A stretch of DNA of 64,000 nt from Octopus sinensis (lineage: Eukaryota), in assembly GCF_006345805.1 (NCBI RefSeq), contig NW_021833257.1, positions 14,495 through 78,494 on the forward strand. The letters are read 5' to 3'. Under the pieces are notes generated by a model. The model saw nothing but the letters and a program-made list of their open reading frames with translations, searched no databases and was not told the DNA's origin. Within the stretch, counting starts at the first letter, position 1; each line of letters begins with the position of its first letter. Positions 25,660 through 38,452 of the stretch are shown here, piece after piece. The translations under genes were made by a program, and so were the position numbers.

Positions 25660-26215
25660 TGTTCCGAGTCGAGAATGAAATCGAGCCGAGACTGAAATTA
25701 TGACAGCTGTCATCATTCCCAATCCTTGTCAAAAATAAGATAATCAAACTTGAAATCCGTCGACCAACTGAGCGAAGGAAGGGAAGAGATTTCCCCCTGC
25801 TTGTATGGGAAGGTGGACATGCCGTCCCCTCTATCCAGTCCAACAGGTTCGAGGATTGACGGGACGCCGGCGGAACCGAGGGTTCTCTGTATGATCGAGT
25901 TGAGTTCACTGTCAGCCCGACACGGAGGGAGATTGCGATTCTTAGGCATTCCTTGTCCACCAGGTTTCCCATGGAAGGGAGAGGGAGAGCCTTTAACCAG
26001 GCATCGCTGCTTTCACAGCGACCTGCACGGAGGCAAGCGACACGGTGTTGATTGGAGACGGGAAGGATGCCTTTGAAAATTGCCTGACATGAGATTTCGT
26101 CCCATTGACGCTGGACAGATTGAGACTTGGGCAGCTTCGAGCCAAAACTGAGGCTCTCACCGACACAGGCGGCAGAGTAATCGTCAGACAATTTCCGTTT
26201 GGGGAGGTTTCCTTT
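25660..26215 (-). mobile_element. CRE-like RLE fragment, copy-B counterpart of 4190-4745
   Basis: SDAWLKALPLPSMGNL and AGVPSILEPVGLDRGDG motifs. Confidence 0.75.
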
Positions 26216-27533
26216 TTCTTTACACCATCTTGCAATCTTACCATATGACCAAGAGTTATTTTCCATGATATTGATTTGTTCATGGAAAGATCTATAAGTA
26301 AAATATCATCTTCATAAATGACCATCTCCATGTTAGGATGATCCACTTTAGGAATGTCACACATCTTATAATTAAATAAAGTGGATTGATGACAGATCCC
26401 TGTGGAACTCCTCTCATAAGAGAAATTTTCCTCGACAATTGGTTTTCGACGCGTATGAATGTTTCTCTTCCGAGAGGAAACTCTTCATCCAAAGTAAGAC
26501 CGTCTTTTCATAATTATTTTAACGTGGATCATTTTTTATAGCGCGATGTCAGTGTTATGAGTCAACAATTTGTTCACTTGAAACTGTGTTAATAATTTGT
26601 GAAACCATCCTTTCACCAAGAAATGTAACAATGTCTCTGCATTTGGTTTCCGAAGGAACAGAATGTCCATATTTATTAAAAAAATCAATAATTGATGTAT
26701 TTCGTAACTTATGAAGTGGAATATTTGCTGATAAAAATGCATTTGCAAGATCCACGGCAAAACAATCAGCAGTGACCTCATTTTTACTATGAGTATCCAA
26801 AGTATATCTGGGATTCTCAGAATATGCTTTTTAGAATGTCTGTGCTTATCAATAAACCATTGCTTATTGGCAGTTACGTAAGAATTACATAATTTGCAGA
26901 ATAATTCTGACCTGTTCTGAAATGATTTGCTTATTGATAAAAGAGTTTCTTTAATATAGAAAAACTCGCGTAGAAAAGTGGAGGAACATCAGAAAGCTCG
27001 GATCTATACTTGGCGACTCAGAAGATATTACTCGACGGAAAATCTTACTTAGCCAAAATAGCACTCAAAAAATTACAATTGATTTTATTGAGAACGTGCA
27101 TTAACTAACTAACTTTCTCTTGATTTTGTTAATTTTACAGTTAACTTTTACAGTCTCAAATCTCAATTTATTTAATTTATACAAATTTAGATTGAGATAT
27201 CCAGTGTTACTTCACTTTGATATTGATAATTGCGAAAAATGGAATTCAATGCGGCACATGGTCGGAAACAATGTCCGCTTCCAACCTCGGTGTTTAGTTG
27301 ACGTCGAGTATAGAAAGAGACCCAAGCGATCAGCCCTGCCTGTGTTTGCATATATCTTTAGACAAAGTAATCTTTACAATTGCTTTATTAAAACTAAACT
27401 TGAGTTACATCTCCCTAATTCTTAAATTTACTATCCTCCACTGTGAGTATTACATTTTTTGACATGACACAAGTCAAATTCGAATATAAATTTTATTATT
27501 TGAATAAATTATTAAATAATTGTGCACGTTAAA

Positions 27534-28376
27534 ATGAACAATGACATGGAAGCTTTGTATACACTAGAAGAGTTGACATATCTAATATTATTATAGAGGA
27601 GAGTGCCTCCCATCTTCCTCCAACGACTCGGAAAGCAGCACAGATTGGGTGGCCTTCACAAATTCTCTACGAAGACATGACCAATACATTCCTCCTTCTC
27701 CCCCTGTCGAAGAGGACGACTGGAACATCCCCTCAATCCACCTCACCAACATCACCCTTCAATTACACCCAGTCGGACTCCTCCGTCTGTCCATCAACCC
27801 TATTTCCGCTACCGTGGAAGGGACGAGTGATACCCCTCCACTTGCAGAGGACACTGTCCTTCTCCTCCACAAAGACACTCCTCTAGGCATAGTTAAAGAA
27901 ATATTCGGCCTTGTTGAAAAGCCCTCCTATGTGGTCGGCCTGTGTGAGGAAGCCCTCGATCTGATTTCTCGGGGAATAGTTCTCAACAACACACAAGTGT
28001 TCTGTGTCCCCCAAGACCCCACACTCACTCAATTTGTCTTCAATGTCGACTCCCTTAAACAGTCTCTTCTTGGAGGTCTATTTTAGAACACGTGGTCTGA
28101 CGCTTCTTGGATTGGGAACACTGAACCACCCCCACAGGTTGTTTTATTTAGTCTTATTTATAGCACACTGGACTACTCTGACGACGAACAGGAGAAGTGT
28201 GCCCGACTCGAGTCTAAACTGGGAGTCACCAATGAGGAGGCTATACGAATTCGCCAACAAAGGAAACAGAGATCGATCAATCGAAGAAAACCCCCCACTA
28301 TGGAATGTGGCCTCCTCCTTGGCGATATCCGCCACGATCTGCCTACCCTTACTATCCTTTCTATCCACCATTTTGA
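27534..28376 (+). CDS. NAF1: NAF1, copy B
   Basis: ORF 27649-28086 is an uninterrupted Gar1/Naf1 domain (LGIVKEIFGLVEKPSYVV). 25-nt intron at 27572-27596. The 3' end is approximate. Confidence 0.88.
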
Positions 28377-28858
28377 TTTACTTTATTTTATAAAGATTAA
28401 GACACAGTTGAAATGATTCTAATTTGTCTAACATTTGGAGTATTTCTCTCCTTAATGAACCACGTCTCATAGCTTGTCAAGTTTGTAGGAATAACTATTA
28501 ATCACCACAGCCTGTATAAAACTCATTTCTAAATAATTTTCCGAAAGACAAAAATACTCAAACACTCATCCCATTTAAGAAGTTGTACGTGGTCTTTCTA
28601 TAGTCTTGTAAGAAACCAATTCTCTATCTATTATACAAGGTTTTTATTTTTCTTTATTGTCATTGTAGTCTATGAATACGTTTATATTCTATCGACATGT
28701 CTTCAAAATCTTAGAGAGGATGTTGAAAAAATGGCATAAGCGGAATGCACAAGTGCGGGGAAAGCGATATGTGTTAATAATAATTAAGTAAATAAGCCCA
28801 CAAAATAAATCAAAGGATAACAGTATTAGTCAAACTAACCCATTAAACAAGAAGAGAG

Positions 28859-29672
28859 TCAATATGTTTTATTTCCATGTAGTATACCGCAAGTACTGTT
28901 TCTCAGATGGCAGAACCATTGTTTAATAGCAGTAAAGCGGTTTATGGCTCTTCATCATCAGAGAAGAGAAGGAATAATAATACAATCTTCACCTTGCTAA
29001 AAATATACTAAAGTAATGTCAACCTTCCAATTAACTGGGGTGGCTAAGGCATGAACATCAGTCATAATGACAGAATCAATCACTCGAGAGCTTACTAAAA
29101 TATTAAAACTACATAAACCTAACATTCCTTCCAGTAGTAGCCGGATAGAGAATACTAAGTCTCATTTCATATCTTTATCAATCAAATAACCTAAAGATTA
29201 GTAAAACCAAGCAAAATAATTTAATATACCGCACGTGCCGGGAGAGTATTATTATCTGGGCTAATTTCTCGAGGGTCCAGCATCCCCAACTGGGTGACAA
29301 TTTTCTTTCGGAATCGTCTATTATAGGAAATGGCAAACTCTCTGTTGTTATATTTCCATGTGCAAGAATGTCCTAATTATTTGCTGTGGAATTTGAATGT
29401 ACTTTAATCTATTCTCGGTGGCTCTCCACGGTATCACAGGACAGGCCAATTAGTTTGACATTTCTTTGTTCAAATTCATTGACCTTTTTGCTAGTTCAGC
29501 TAATTCGGTCGTACAGACCGGAGTAAAATCTCGTGGATGTGAAAAAAATAAACACCAACTATTATATTTATGTATAAAAGTATTACCTTGATCCAATAAA
29601 ACTGTAAAGATCAAAATCACCCATTGTGGTCTGCAGTTGAAAATTTGGGAACTTGTCGGAGAGACGTAGCAT
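28859..29672 (-). pseudogene. PRDX6: PRDX6, copy B; ATG and PVCTTEL retained, in-frame TAG at a conserved Trp, promoter interrupted
   Basis: [12 protein letters not shown]...[23 protein letters not shown] at 29409-29411. A TGT..ACA element is inserted 7 bp upstream of the ATG. Confidence 0.85.
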
Positions 29673-29778
29673 TAATAAATGTGACCGGTTCATAATGAGA
29701 TACGGTTGAATACGAGCCGTTAAAAAGATCGATAATTAATATACCGATTCAAAAGGCCAATTAAAATAAAGGCAAACG

Positions 29779-32700
29779 AACGAACGAACAGATTTTATTG
29801 ACTTAGCAACCGAAAGAGAAGAGTTATATGAAAAGGTTTTATTAAAATCGAGACACCGAAAGCCTCCTCCTTGCTTTCCTTTTCACTTCTCATGCCCTTT
29901 GCAATGAGCAGAGGACTTGCCGAATGTTTTGAGTTTGTTCGTCTAGCTCTCTGGGGAGATCCTGATCAAGCCGTAGCTTATACGCCAGTTTAATCGCAAA
30001 GCGCCTTGTTTTCTCCAGTTTGGTGATTATGCGATTTCTCTCGTCTGTAGGGTACCAACCTTCATGTCCATAGATAAGGACTGGTTCTACAGTCGCCTTA
30101 TAGATGAAGAGAAAGGTGTCTGGGGAGAGATGGAAGCGTATAAGGCTTCTCAGGATCCCGGAACATTTCCTTCTTCTAGATTCCACGAACTTAAGGAACG
30201 ATCCGTCAGCCCCGATCGTTACCCCAAGGTAGCGTAGGTCGTCAGAGATTCTTAGTCCCATTGTCTCCAGAAGTGGTTCTCTTCCTTTCCGAGTTTTAGA
30301 AACCCACGTGATGGTGGACTTGTCTCGTGCTAAGGAGAGGGCTTTCTCCGTAGCCCAAGACTCAATCCTCGCTATATATTCCCTCAGCCTTTTCCAAGAG
30401 AGGTCCTTGGATCGCGACAGATCCGTAACCAATATGTCGTCCGCATAGATAATTAGTAGACTCTCCGGTTACTGGTTTCGGGATGTCGGCAACGTATAAG
30501 TTGAAAAGTAGAGGGCTCAGGACCGACCCTTGAGGCACTCCCCTCCTTAGATTGATTGTATCCGAGGTCCGGTTACCACATCTGATAAAAGACTTTCGCA
30601 TGTGTAAGAAATTCTCTAGCCATTTGACAGTCCTTTGCCCCGGATGGATACTGATGATCCTTTCCAGGAGGCCTAGGTGCCAAACGCTGTCGAACCCCTT
30701 TGAAATGTCCAGACAAACAGCTGTCATCCCCATCTTGTGTGTAAGGGCCCTCGAGATTTGCGTTTCCAGTTGGGCAAAGTTTCCACACAGGACTTCCCAC
30801 GTCGGAAACCCCATTGTTCTTTAGCCAGATAACCTGACTCCTCCACGAGAATAGATAATCTGTTAAAGATTATACGTTCCATGATTCTTGATATGGAGCA
30901 GATGAGACTTATGGGTCGGAAATTTTTCTGCACGGTCTTTAGGTTTCCCTGCCTTTGGAATCATTCGTACCACGGTTTTCTTCCATGCATTCGGGACGTA
31001 GCCAGTCTCCCAACTGGCATTGAAAAGTATCGTTATTATCTTGACTAGGCTTATCGGGGCCTCTTTGAAGACTCGGATGGGTATGTAATCAAAACCCGGT
31101 GCGTTGTCCTTGCATCTTTTAATTGCTAGTAGGGTTTCATCCAGGGTGATTGCGTGACAAAGTCGACCAGGGGACATTTTCGCAGAGGCTATTGCCCTCT
31201 TTTTATCGTCCATTATATCTGTCGGGACAAAACAGCTCGGGTCGACATCTTGAATTTTCGCCAGTTGTTGACGTAAAGCGTCAGGTACATCGTCTCGGTT
31301 GATGGTATAGCCATTTTCTGTGGTTAAATTGATTTCATCTCCTTTGCATTCCGTTTCCTTTAGGCGATTATATGCCTTCCAGAAACTTGGGTGTCTTCGA
31401 TTAAGCTTAGAACATTCCAATCTCCAAGCTGAGTCAATGTTTTCTTTAGACCTTTTGTCGATGCTCTTTTTAAGAGAGGAAATCATTGCTCGTAGGCGTG
31501 TGCAGTCTGTTGGGTCAAAACATCTGCGTAGCCTCTTCTGGTATCTTGCCTTTTCTTTCAGGAGACTCACTACTGTGTCGTCGAGTTCATGAATCCCTCC
31601 ACCAGAGTGTTTAATGAACTTTTTCCTGGAGAACTTCTCCAAAGAAGTGTTGATAAGATTCCTAACGAGCTGGTCCAGACTTTCAATTTGTTTTGTCGTG
31701 TGAACTGCTACCCGATGTATGAGTGACTCTAGCGAGGTTGTCAGGAATAGGGACACAAGGGGCCAATTCGTTTGATTGGTATTGTATCCAATAAATACTT
31801 CATCTTGCAGAACTGAGCTTGCACGTAACACCATTGTTTGAGGAAGGTGATCGCTTCCGATATCAATTTCAATGCGTGGGCGGTCACAGAGGGGAGCTAA
31901 GCAGTCCGCCACGAGAAACACACCAAGTCGATCTTCTCCGTAACATGAGAAGTGATTCGTTTCGTCAGAGGACCAGACCTCAAAACCGTGTCTCGCCGAT
32001 AAGGTATGAAGTAACCGTCCGTCACTGTTTGTTGATACGCATCCATATAGCGAGTTCTTTGCGTTTAGGTCTCCGACTAGAATCGACTTTCCATTTGCCT
32101 TGAAGAAACCTCCAACTAGGTCTGGGTAACTCTTGAGGTCCTTTGAGTACATCCCCCCAATAGTGATCCATCCCAGAGAAGTATGGAGCTCGAGAGACAG
32201 CATTTCGCATCGACTTTCTTCTATTCTCCTGTGGTTTCTTGTTTGAAGGTTTTCTTTATAGTAGATGCACGATCCGGTTCCCGCATTCGCGAACGGTTTC
32301 CAGGCAATACTCAATGACTTGTATCCTTTGATGCTGAAGGATTGGCCTTCCTTCAGTTTCGATTCATTGATAACAAGTATATCCATGTCTACGGAGCCAA
32401 TCATGTGGAGTAGCTCCGTAGCCCGTCTCCGAAGAGATCGGGCGTTGACGAGCGTTATAACGCTCATATCTTTCCGTCTGGATACTGGCGGCAGACCTCT
32501 CCCTTTAAGAGCGCCACCAGGAGGAGTAAACCCTCTCCCTTCTTTTTTGTCAGCGGCTTTTTATCCGTAATCATTAATTTGATGTCCGACTCCAGCTTCT
32601 CAGCGTATGACAGTCCCTCCATTTGCCACGGCATAATAGAAGGGTTCTGCTTCTCTGCTTCCCTTTTCGATGGGACTGTATCTCTTTTGGGTTTACCGCT

Positions 32701-33731
32701 TACAGTCTGTAGTGGTTTTCCTTCTTGTTTAGGAATATCGGTAGCCAGTGCGTCTGGTTTTGAAGGCTCGACGACCACACTCAGTGCTTCTGATTTCGGA
32801 TGGGGTATTGATCCAACTCCAATAAATTGAGTTCCTCGCGGAGGTTCTCAGTTTCTTCATCTGTTTGGGTTCCTACGTCGAAAGTGTCCTTCTTTTTGTC
32901 GACCGTCTTCCACTCTGACGGATGTGGTTTGCTTTTAGGACTGGGTTTTGTTGTCTCTTCTTTCATATGGCAACTGCTGCTGATATTGTCTTTGGAATAG
33001 ACAATTTTTTGTGTCCTAGGCCGGAAGATCTCTTCCTTTGGTGATTTTTGGACTCGTTTGGACATACTTAGTATGACCTTTAAGGCTTCCTTCGCTTTAG
33101 GGCAACCTCGAAAGCTTGCCATATGCTCTGTCGATCCGCAATTAATACAGATTTTGGAGATTTGCCCTTGTTTTGAGCACGAAGCTCGATCATGATCTTC
33201 TCCACAGAGTAAGCACCTTCTTTTTTCTTTGCAGTTTCGGGACAAGTGCCCAAAATTCTGACAGGAATAGCACTGTGGTGCCGGTTTACGGAACCACTCA
33301 CAAGATACACGGTGAAAAGCAATTGTGATGCCCATTCTGACCAGAGATGCTGCCTCACCTCGGTTCGGGATTACTACCTTCGCCATTGGCAATGGGCGAC
33401 CATTTTTTGAGAAACATTCTACTTTGAATCCGGGCGACAGTATAGACTGAAGATAGTCTTCGAGTTCTGGAGTGCCAACCCAATACGGTAGGTTCCTTAG
33501 GACGACCTCTGATGGGGCGAGGGATGCTTCCTTGATGGTGTGACCTTCTACTCCAAAGGGTTTTGTATCTCGGAAATCTTCAGTAAAACTTTTCGCCTCT
33601 TTCTCCGACGGAAAAGTGAGGACAAAATCCCCGTTGCGGCGACGATAAACTTTCGATTGTTTTACGCTTTCACGTGAACATAAAATATTTGCGATGATGA
33701 TGGCCCCCAAAGACTGGTTGTTTATAGTTAA
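29779..33731 (-). mobile_element. Second near full-length APE-RT LINE: ORF1 ~33710-32464 with 3 CCHC knuckles, ORF2 32467-~29890
   Basis: 11-bp TSD AAAGGCAAACG (29768-29778 and 33732-33742). CYSCQNFGHLSRNC; VNARS/GDLNAK/GSDH; LDISKGFDSVWH, GVPQGS, YADD. (TTCG)n 3' tail after AATAAA. Confidence 0.95.
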
Positions 33732-34012
33732 AAAGGCAAACGTCCCGAACTAATGATTGAACTTTAAATTTTTGAAAAAATGATGTTTTATATTTGAACC
33801 ATGTTTGCTTTAAAATAGTAAAATTATTTACAACATTAGCAAATTATAATGTGAATTATTTTTATTTTTGATATTATAAACTGCAACATTAGCAAATTAC
33901 AAGTTTGTAACAACTTTAACTCTAATCTTAACTTTAACTCTAACTATAAATGATTTCAACGTTATTTATAAACATATTCATCATAAAAAAGACACTAAAG
34001 AAAACAGACCCC

Positions 34013-34219
34013 AACCCTAATCCCTGACGCTAACCCTGACCCTAATTCTGACCCTGACCCTAATTCTGACCCTAACCCTAATTCTGACCCTGACCCTAAT
34101 TCTGACCCTAACCCTGACCCTAATTCTGACCCTAATTCTGACCCTAATTCTGACCCTAATTCTGACCCTAATTCTGACCCTAACCCTGACCCTGATCCTA
34201 ACCCTGACCCTAACCCTAA
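34013..34219 (+). repeat. Interstitial telomere-like array of CCCTAA, CCCTGA and TTCTGA hexamers
   Basis: ~34 hexamers, including a run of the 12-mer CCCTAATTCTGA. Lies inside the Ginger-like element about 100 bp from its right end. Confidence 0.92.
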
Positions 34220-35436
34220 TATGATTTAACGGCATTCACGCCATTTAACGGCTCGTATAACGCCACTTTGACGGCTCGTTTAACGGCTCGTATTCAACCT
34301 GGGCTCGTATTCAACCGGTCACAATAAATTTAACTATTTGTTCTAAATAAAAATTGTCACATTTTAAATATAAAAAAATTATTCCGAATATTTAACAATT
34401 TAAAAAAATGCTTCAGTTTATAAAAGTATTGAGCCTTTGGACTAAACAATGGGTGGTTTTCTGGTTCAATAAATAAATAAAAGGTTCAATAAAAAATAAA
34501 TGGGCAGTATTCCACATTTTCTCTTTTTCCCATATAAATTATAAATCAATGATATATAAAAAAACTAAGGTTTACACGATTCCTTCTGAGAAGGAGAAGG
34601 AAATGTTAGAATTGAGGGTGTTATTCAAAAAATTATAATTATTATAAAATCAAATAAATTAATATTTTATAACGTGGTTTTTTCTTGGTTGTATAACATC
34701 TTTCATACCAATGATAGTTTACAGTAATGATGGCATACGTTTCAATTGAGTTTATTAAGTTACTGATTAAATCAGTTAGTTCTCGATATATAACTACATT
34801 TTTAACCTATGATGACTAACGATGGTCTACTTATGATAATGATGACCTGTAATATGACTGAGGCTATATTGAGTTAGAGCACTTTTTAAGTAATTTAAAC
34901 AATCTGTTTGTTTTCAATGGTATTATATTTACTTAAGCAATTATTGTCTGTAAATACAATTCAATTTTATATATACTCCTCTTATCTACAACTAAATTCA
35001 TTTTGGATGACCTGATCGGATAACCATCTTCCCTGTTAAGTGTGGAAAGTCCTTTGTGTGTGACGCGACATCCCCAGACAACTACGCCCCTACTTTTCTA
35101 AATTTCTAATCAGTGAGTTCTGGGTAGGTTTCTACTACAGCAAAAATATAAAAATATGTTTCTTTTAATAGTGGCATTGGCAAGTCTCCACTTGTAGTTT
35201 TGTCAGAAATCGGGGAATGGATCTTTATTAAGGCGAGACCAGCTGGTTATTCCGAGGAATTTTATTTGCCATCTACCAAAACACTTTTAAGCCAATCTTA
35301 TATCTTCTAATTAATATAACCGATAATTTCTATTTTTAAGTTTATTGATATGTAAAACGTATATTCAAATAACTAATTTATTAATTAGCCCTATAAAGAC
35401 AAGTATATAATTTATTTGGCATAAATGAAACTACAA

Positions 35437-38197
35437 TCAGGAATAAATAAGCGGAATGTCATTAAAGGACATTACTGGAGCAGTTTTGAGTAAATCATGT
35501 GCATGTAGATAACAACTCGAAGCCTTCTCATAATCACCGGTCGATTCGAGGACCTTTCCAAGTAATCCCCTATTAAGTACTGCTAAAATAATGAAAACCA
35601 GGATCTATGCTCAAAAGGATCCACCTTAATGGCCTCCCTGAGATAGTTTTCTGATTCTGAAAAAAGTTCAATTTCATAATATGCCAAACCCTACAATTAA
35701 AAAAATATATAACCAGTTCATAAAGAATGTCAAAATTCCTTGGATCAACTGCGCTCAACGTTAGAAACCACTCGAGAGCCAAATCGTTCATTTTTGTAGC
35801 ACGCAAAAATTTAGCTTTCTTTAAAATATTTTTATCGCTAATTTACCATAATTTGTAGATTTAAAGAGTTTGGAGATATATTTTGTGCTTCAATTAAACA
35901 TAGCTTCACATCCTCGAGCTTATCCAGTCCAAGAAAAATTTCAGCTTCAATTTTAAAAAAACAATTTACCAGTTCGTAACCAAATTTTGAATTCGTCAGG
36001 ATCAGACTTACACCATTCTCTGTTATTACAATAACAATTCGCCACATTTAAAAAATCGTCCAAATTTAAATCGAGGTTTGTTTCTTTGCATGTGTTTCCA
36101 TTTTCTTGTTCTGTGACAAATTCCGACTTTCCGGACTATTTTTCTCAAATTCAGAAAAGTTACATTTTGGTCAACATTTTACCACACGTTTGCAAAGCCG
36201 AACTAAAATCACCCATCTCGGACTCGATGCAACTCTTGATCAGGAAAAAGCTTAAATAAACGTCAAATTGAGTTCTACTTTGATGAGGACGGATATTGCA
36301 TTAAAGAACTCTCAACACATTTGATGGCTGCTCCATAGTCTTTAGAAGCAGTAAAAAGCAACACCAGAAGAGTCAAAGTAGTCTCTTTATGCCAATTAAG
36401 TCTGATAGCTAATTGGCAATAATGAAGAGCTCTATCAATCCTCCTTTCTAGGGCGTAGTAAAGTGACAGGTGAAATGCAGGCAGATAGTCACGTGGGTCA
36501 GCTTCATGAGACCTAGACAAAATCAGAATACGGATTTGTACCTGTTCAAAAAATCTAACGCAGCGGATAGGTGAGTAGAAGATTGAGAAAAAATTTCCTG
36601 TCTTCTGGCAATCAGAACGTGATAGAGACCACAATAAAGTAAGGCACGAGAATGAAAAGGAGAAGAACCGTCACACAGATCTAATAGTTGTTTAGTATAA
36701 TCCTCAAGTGTTTGGTCAATCGGCTATATTTATGTATTGAAATTATTTACCAATGGACAATGTGGGTCAAAATGTATACAAATAATGTGTATTAGAGTAT
36801 CGATGTCTCCGGGGACAAGAGAATTACAAACTTTAAGAAAATGATAACATTGTTTGTACTAATCAATACAAAATAAATTTTTACTTTTTTTTCTTGGGCC
36901 AGTGTAAATGCAAATTGCCGTAAGGAATAAAAATCCCCGAGACAGTATTTAAGAATGTCCCACAATGCCTGAAATAAACTGAGAACAAAAAACTGAATTG
37001 AGTCTACAGGGAGACGATAACTGCCCGAACAGTAGACAATAATAATTCACCAATTTGACAGTTTTGGGGATATTTCAATCTGGGAATCGGCAAGCTGTAG
37101 ATTTAGACAAAAATATGTTCACCAGTAATGGTTTCATTAATTTTTGATAGACGCTTATCAAATAGCAAAGTTCCTCTTCCCGATTTAAATTAAGGAGACT
37201 AAAAACCTGTAATAAAAACACAAATACGTGGATTGGGATAGATTTGTGTCCCCCAACTCAGAAATAGACTCGGAAACTGATTCGTAGTTATCAAATGTGT
37301 CTCATGAAATAAAAAATCAATGTATCGTTCAATTATACTCTGTTGTGTTAATTCATCCAACTTTACCTTGTAAAAATTGGTCAATTTCTCAATGTTGTCA
37401 ACAACTAGCAAATCTCTGAAAGCTCTTATGGCTTGTTTGCCTCTGCTGAATAACAGTTTTTATTTAAAGACAAATACAGGCTGTCAATTTGATTTTTTAG
37501 GTGAGTTTCCATTGCTTCTATTAGATGGTACCCGAGATATGTGCTTAGTTCTTCAGATCTAGACTTACCGAGTTATGAGAACTCTGGAATAAGCAAATGA
37601 AGTTGTTTTAGGAGAGCTTTAGCAATATCCGACGACATTTTGAAATATTTTTTTACAGATGTGCCCATTTTGTCACATTTAAGTCCTAATTTCTCCAAAG
37701 ATTTTGCTATAAAACTATTCTGATTTATTTTTACCGCAGAAAACATAACTTTCTCCAAGAATGACCATCGAACGGTTACAATTTTGTAATTTTTCTGTCT
37801 CGATTTTTTGAAGAGCGAATGATTGGAGCAATTCTTGATAATTTCCAAAGCAAATAAACATTTTAATGAAAGCATGTTCATATCGTTTCATATTTTGAGC
37901 AATAAGAATGCCTGTGAGTTATTATAAAGAGGCATTGTACCACACGGTGGCATTGATCACCTTGTAGACGACATGTAGCTCTGTTCTGTCAAGTTTAGCC
38001 TCACATATATCAATCAATCCATTTTCAAGACGCTTTTCGAGGGTTATAATGTTGGAAACGTTTTCTGAAAATATTAATTTCAGTGATGGACCGATGTAGG
38101 AAGATTTGTTGCAGAGGGTAAGACACTCGTCCCATTTTCGTAAAAAACGTAATTGGTCGACACGCAGTAAAAGAGCTTCACTTTTACTAATGGACAT
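35437..38197 (-). CDS. TTC7: TTC7, copy B
   Basis: Same motifs as copy A; ORF 37922-38263 contains the N-terminus in frame. Confidence 0.82.
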
Positions 38198-38452
38198 TAA
38201 CACCACAAGGAATATTATATGTATTAAAGTAATAAGATTTATATAAAGTTTTAAAAATATCACTATTAGTTTATTTTTTTATTTTTCAAAATATATCTTG
38301 ACAGTTGAAATCATAAGACTTTTTAAATTACGTAATTATTAAACTCCTTTAAAATTAAATTTAACTAAAATTATCCAAACTAAAAAAATTTAGTTAAAAA
38401 ATTATATAAAACAATAAATCAATAGAGGATGAGGTGGGTCACTTAAACCTTT

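Larger units (their letters stand above)
29680..34323. mobile_element. Non-autonomous Ginger-like TGTGACCG element (~690 bp without the nested LINE) with a 5-bp TSD
   Basis: TGTGACCGGTT...AACCGGTCACA termini, repeated GTTGAATACGAGCC subterminal motifs, TSD ATAAA on both sides. Confidence 0.85.

Noticed and set aside
9521-29672. Stop-codon reassignment (TAG/TGA read as Trp) suggested by the PRDX6 stops
   Set aside because: Other genes use TGG at Trp, have long stop-free exons (e.g. 48960-49934) and end in TGA or TAA. PRDX6 also has independent disabling lesions.
18156-33358. Many short antisense or alternative-frame ORFs over the two LINEs and the CRE fragments
   Set aside because: They are shadow ORFs of GC-richer retroelement coding sequence with no motifs of their own.
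27534-34219. Functional link between NAF1 (H/ACA and telomerase RNP assembly) and the nearby telomere-like array
   Set aside because: The array belongs to a transposon present in only one copy of the block, so the proximity is coincidental.
34017-34235. ORF encoding a (VR/IR)n dipeptide protein
   Set aside because: It is only the translation of the telomere-like hexamer array; there is no independent sign of a gene.
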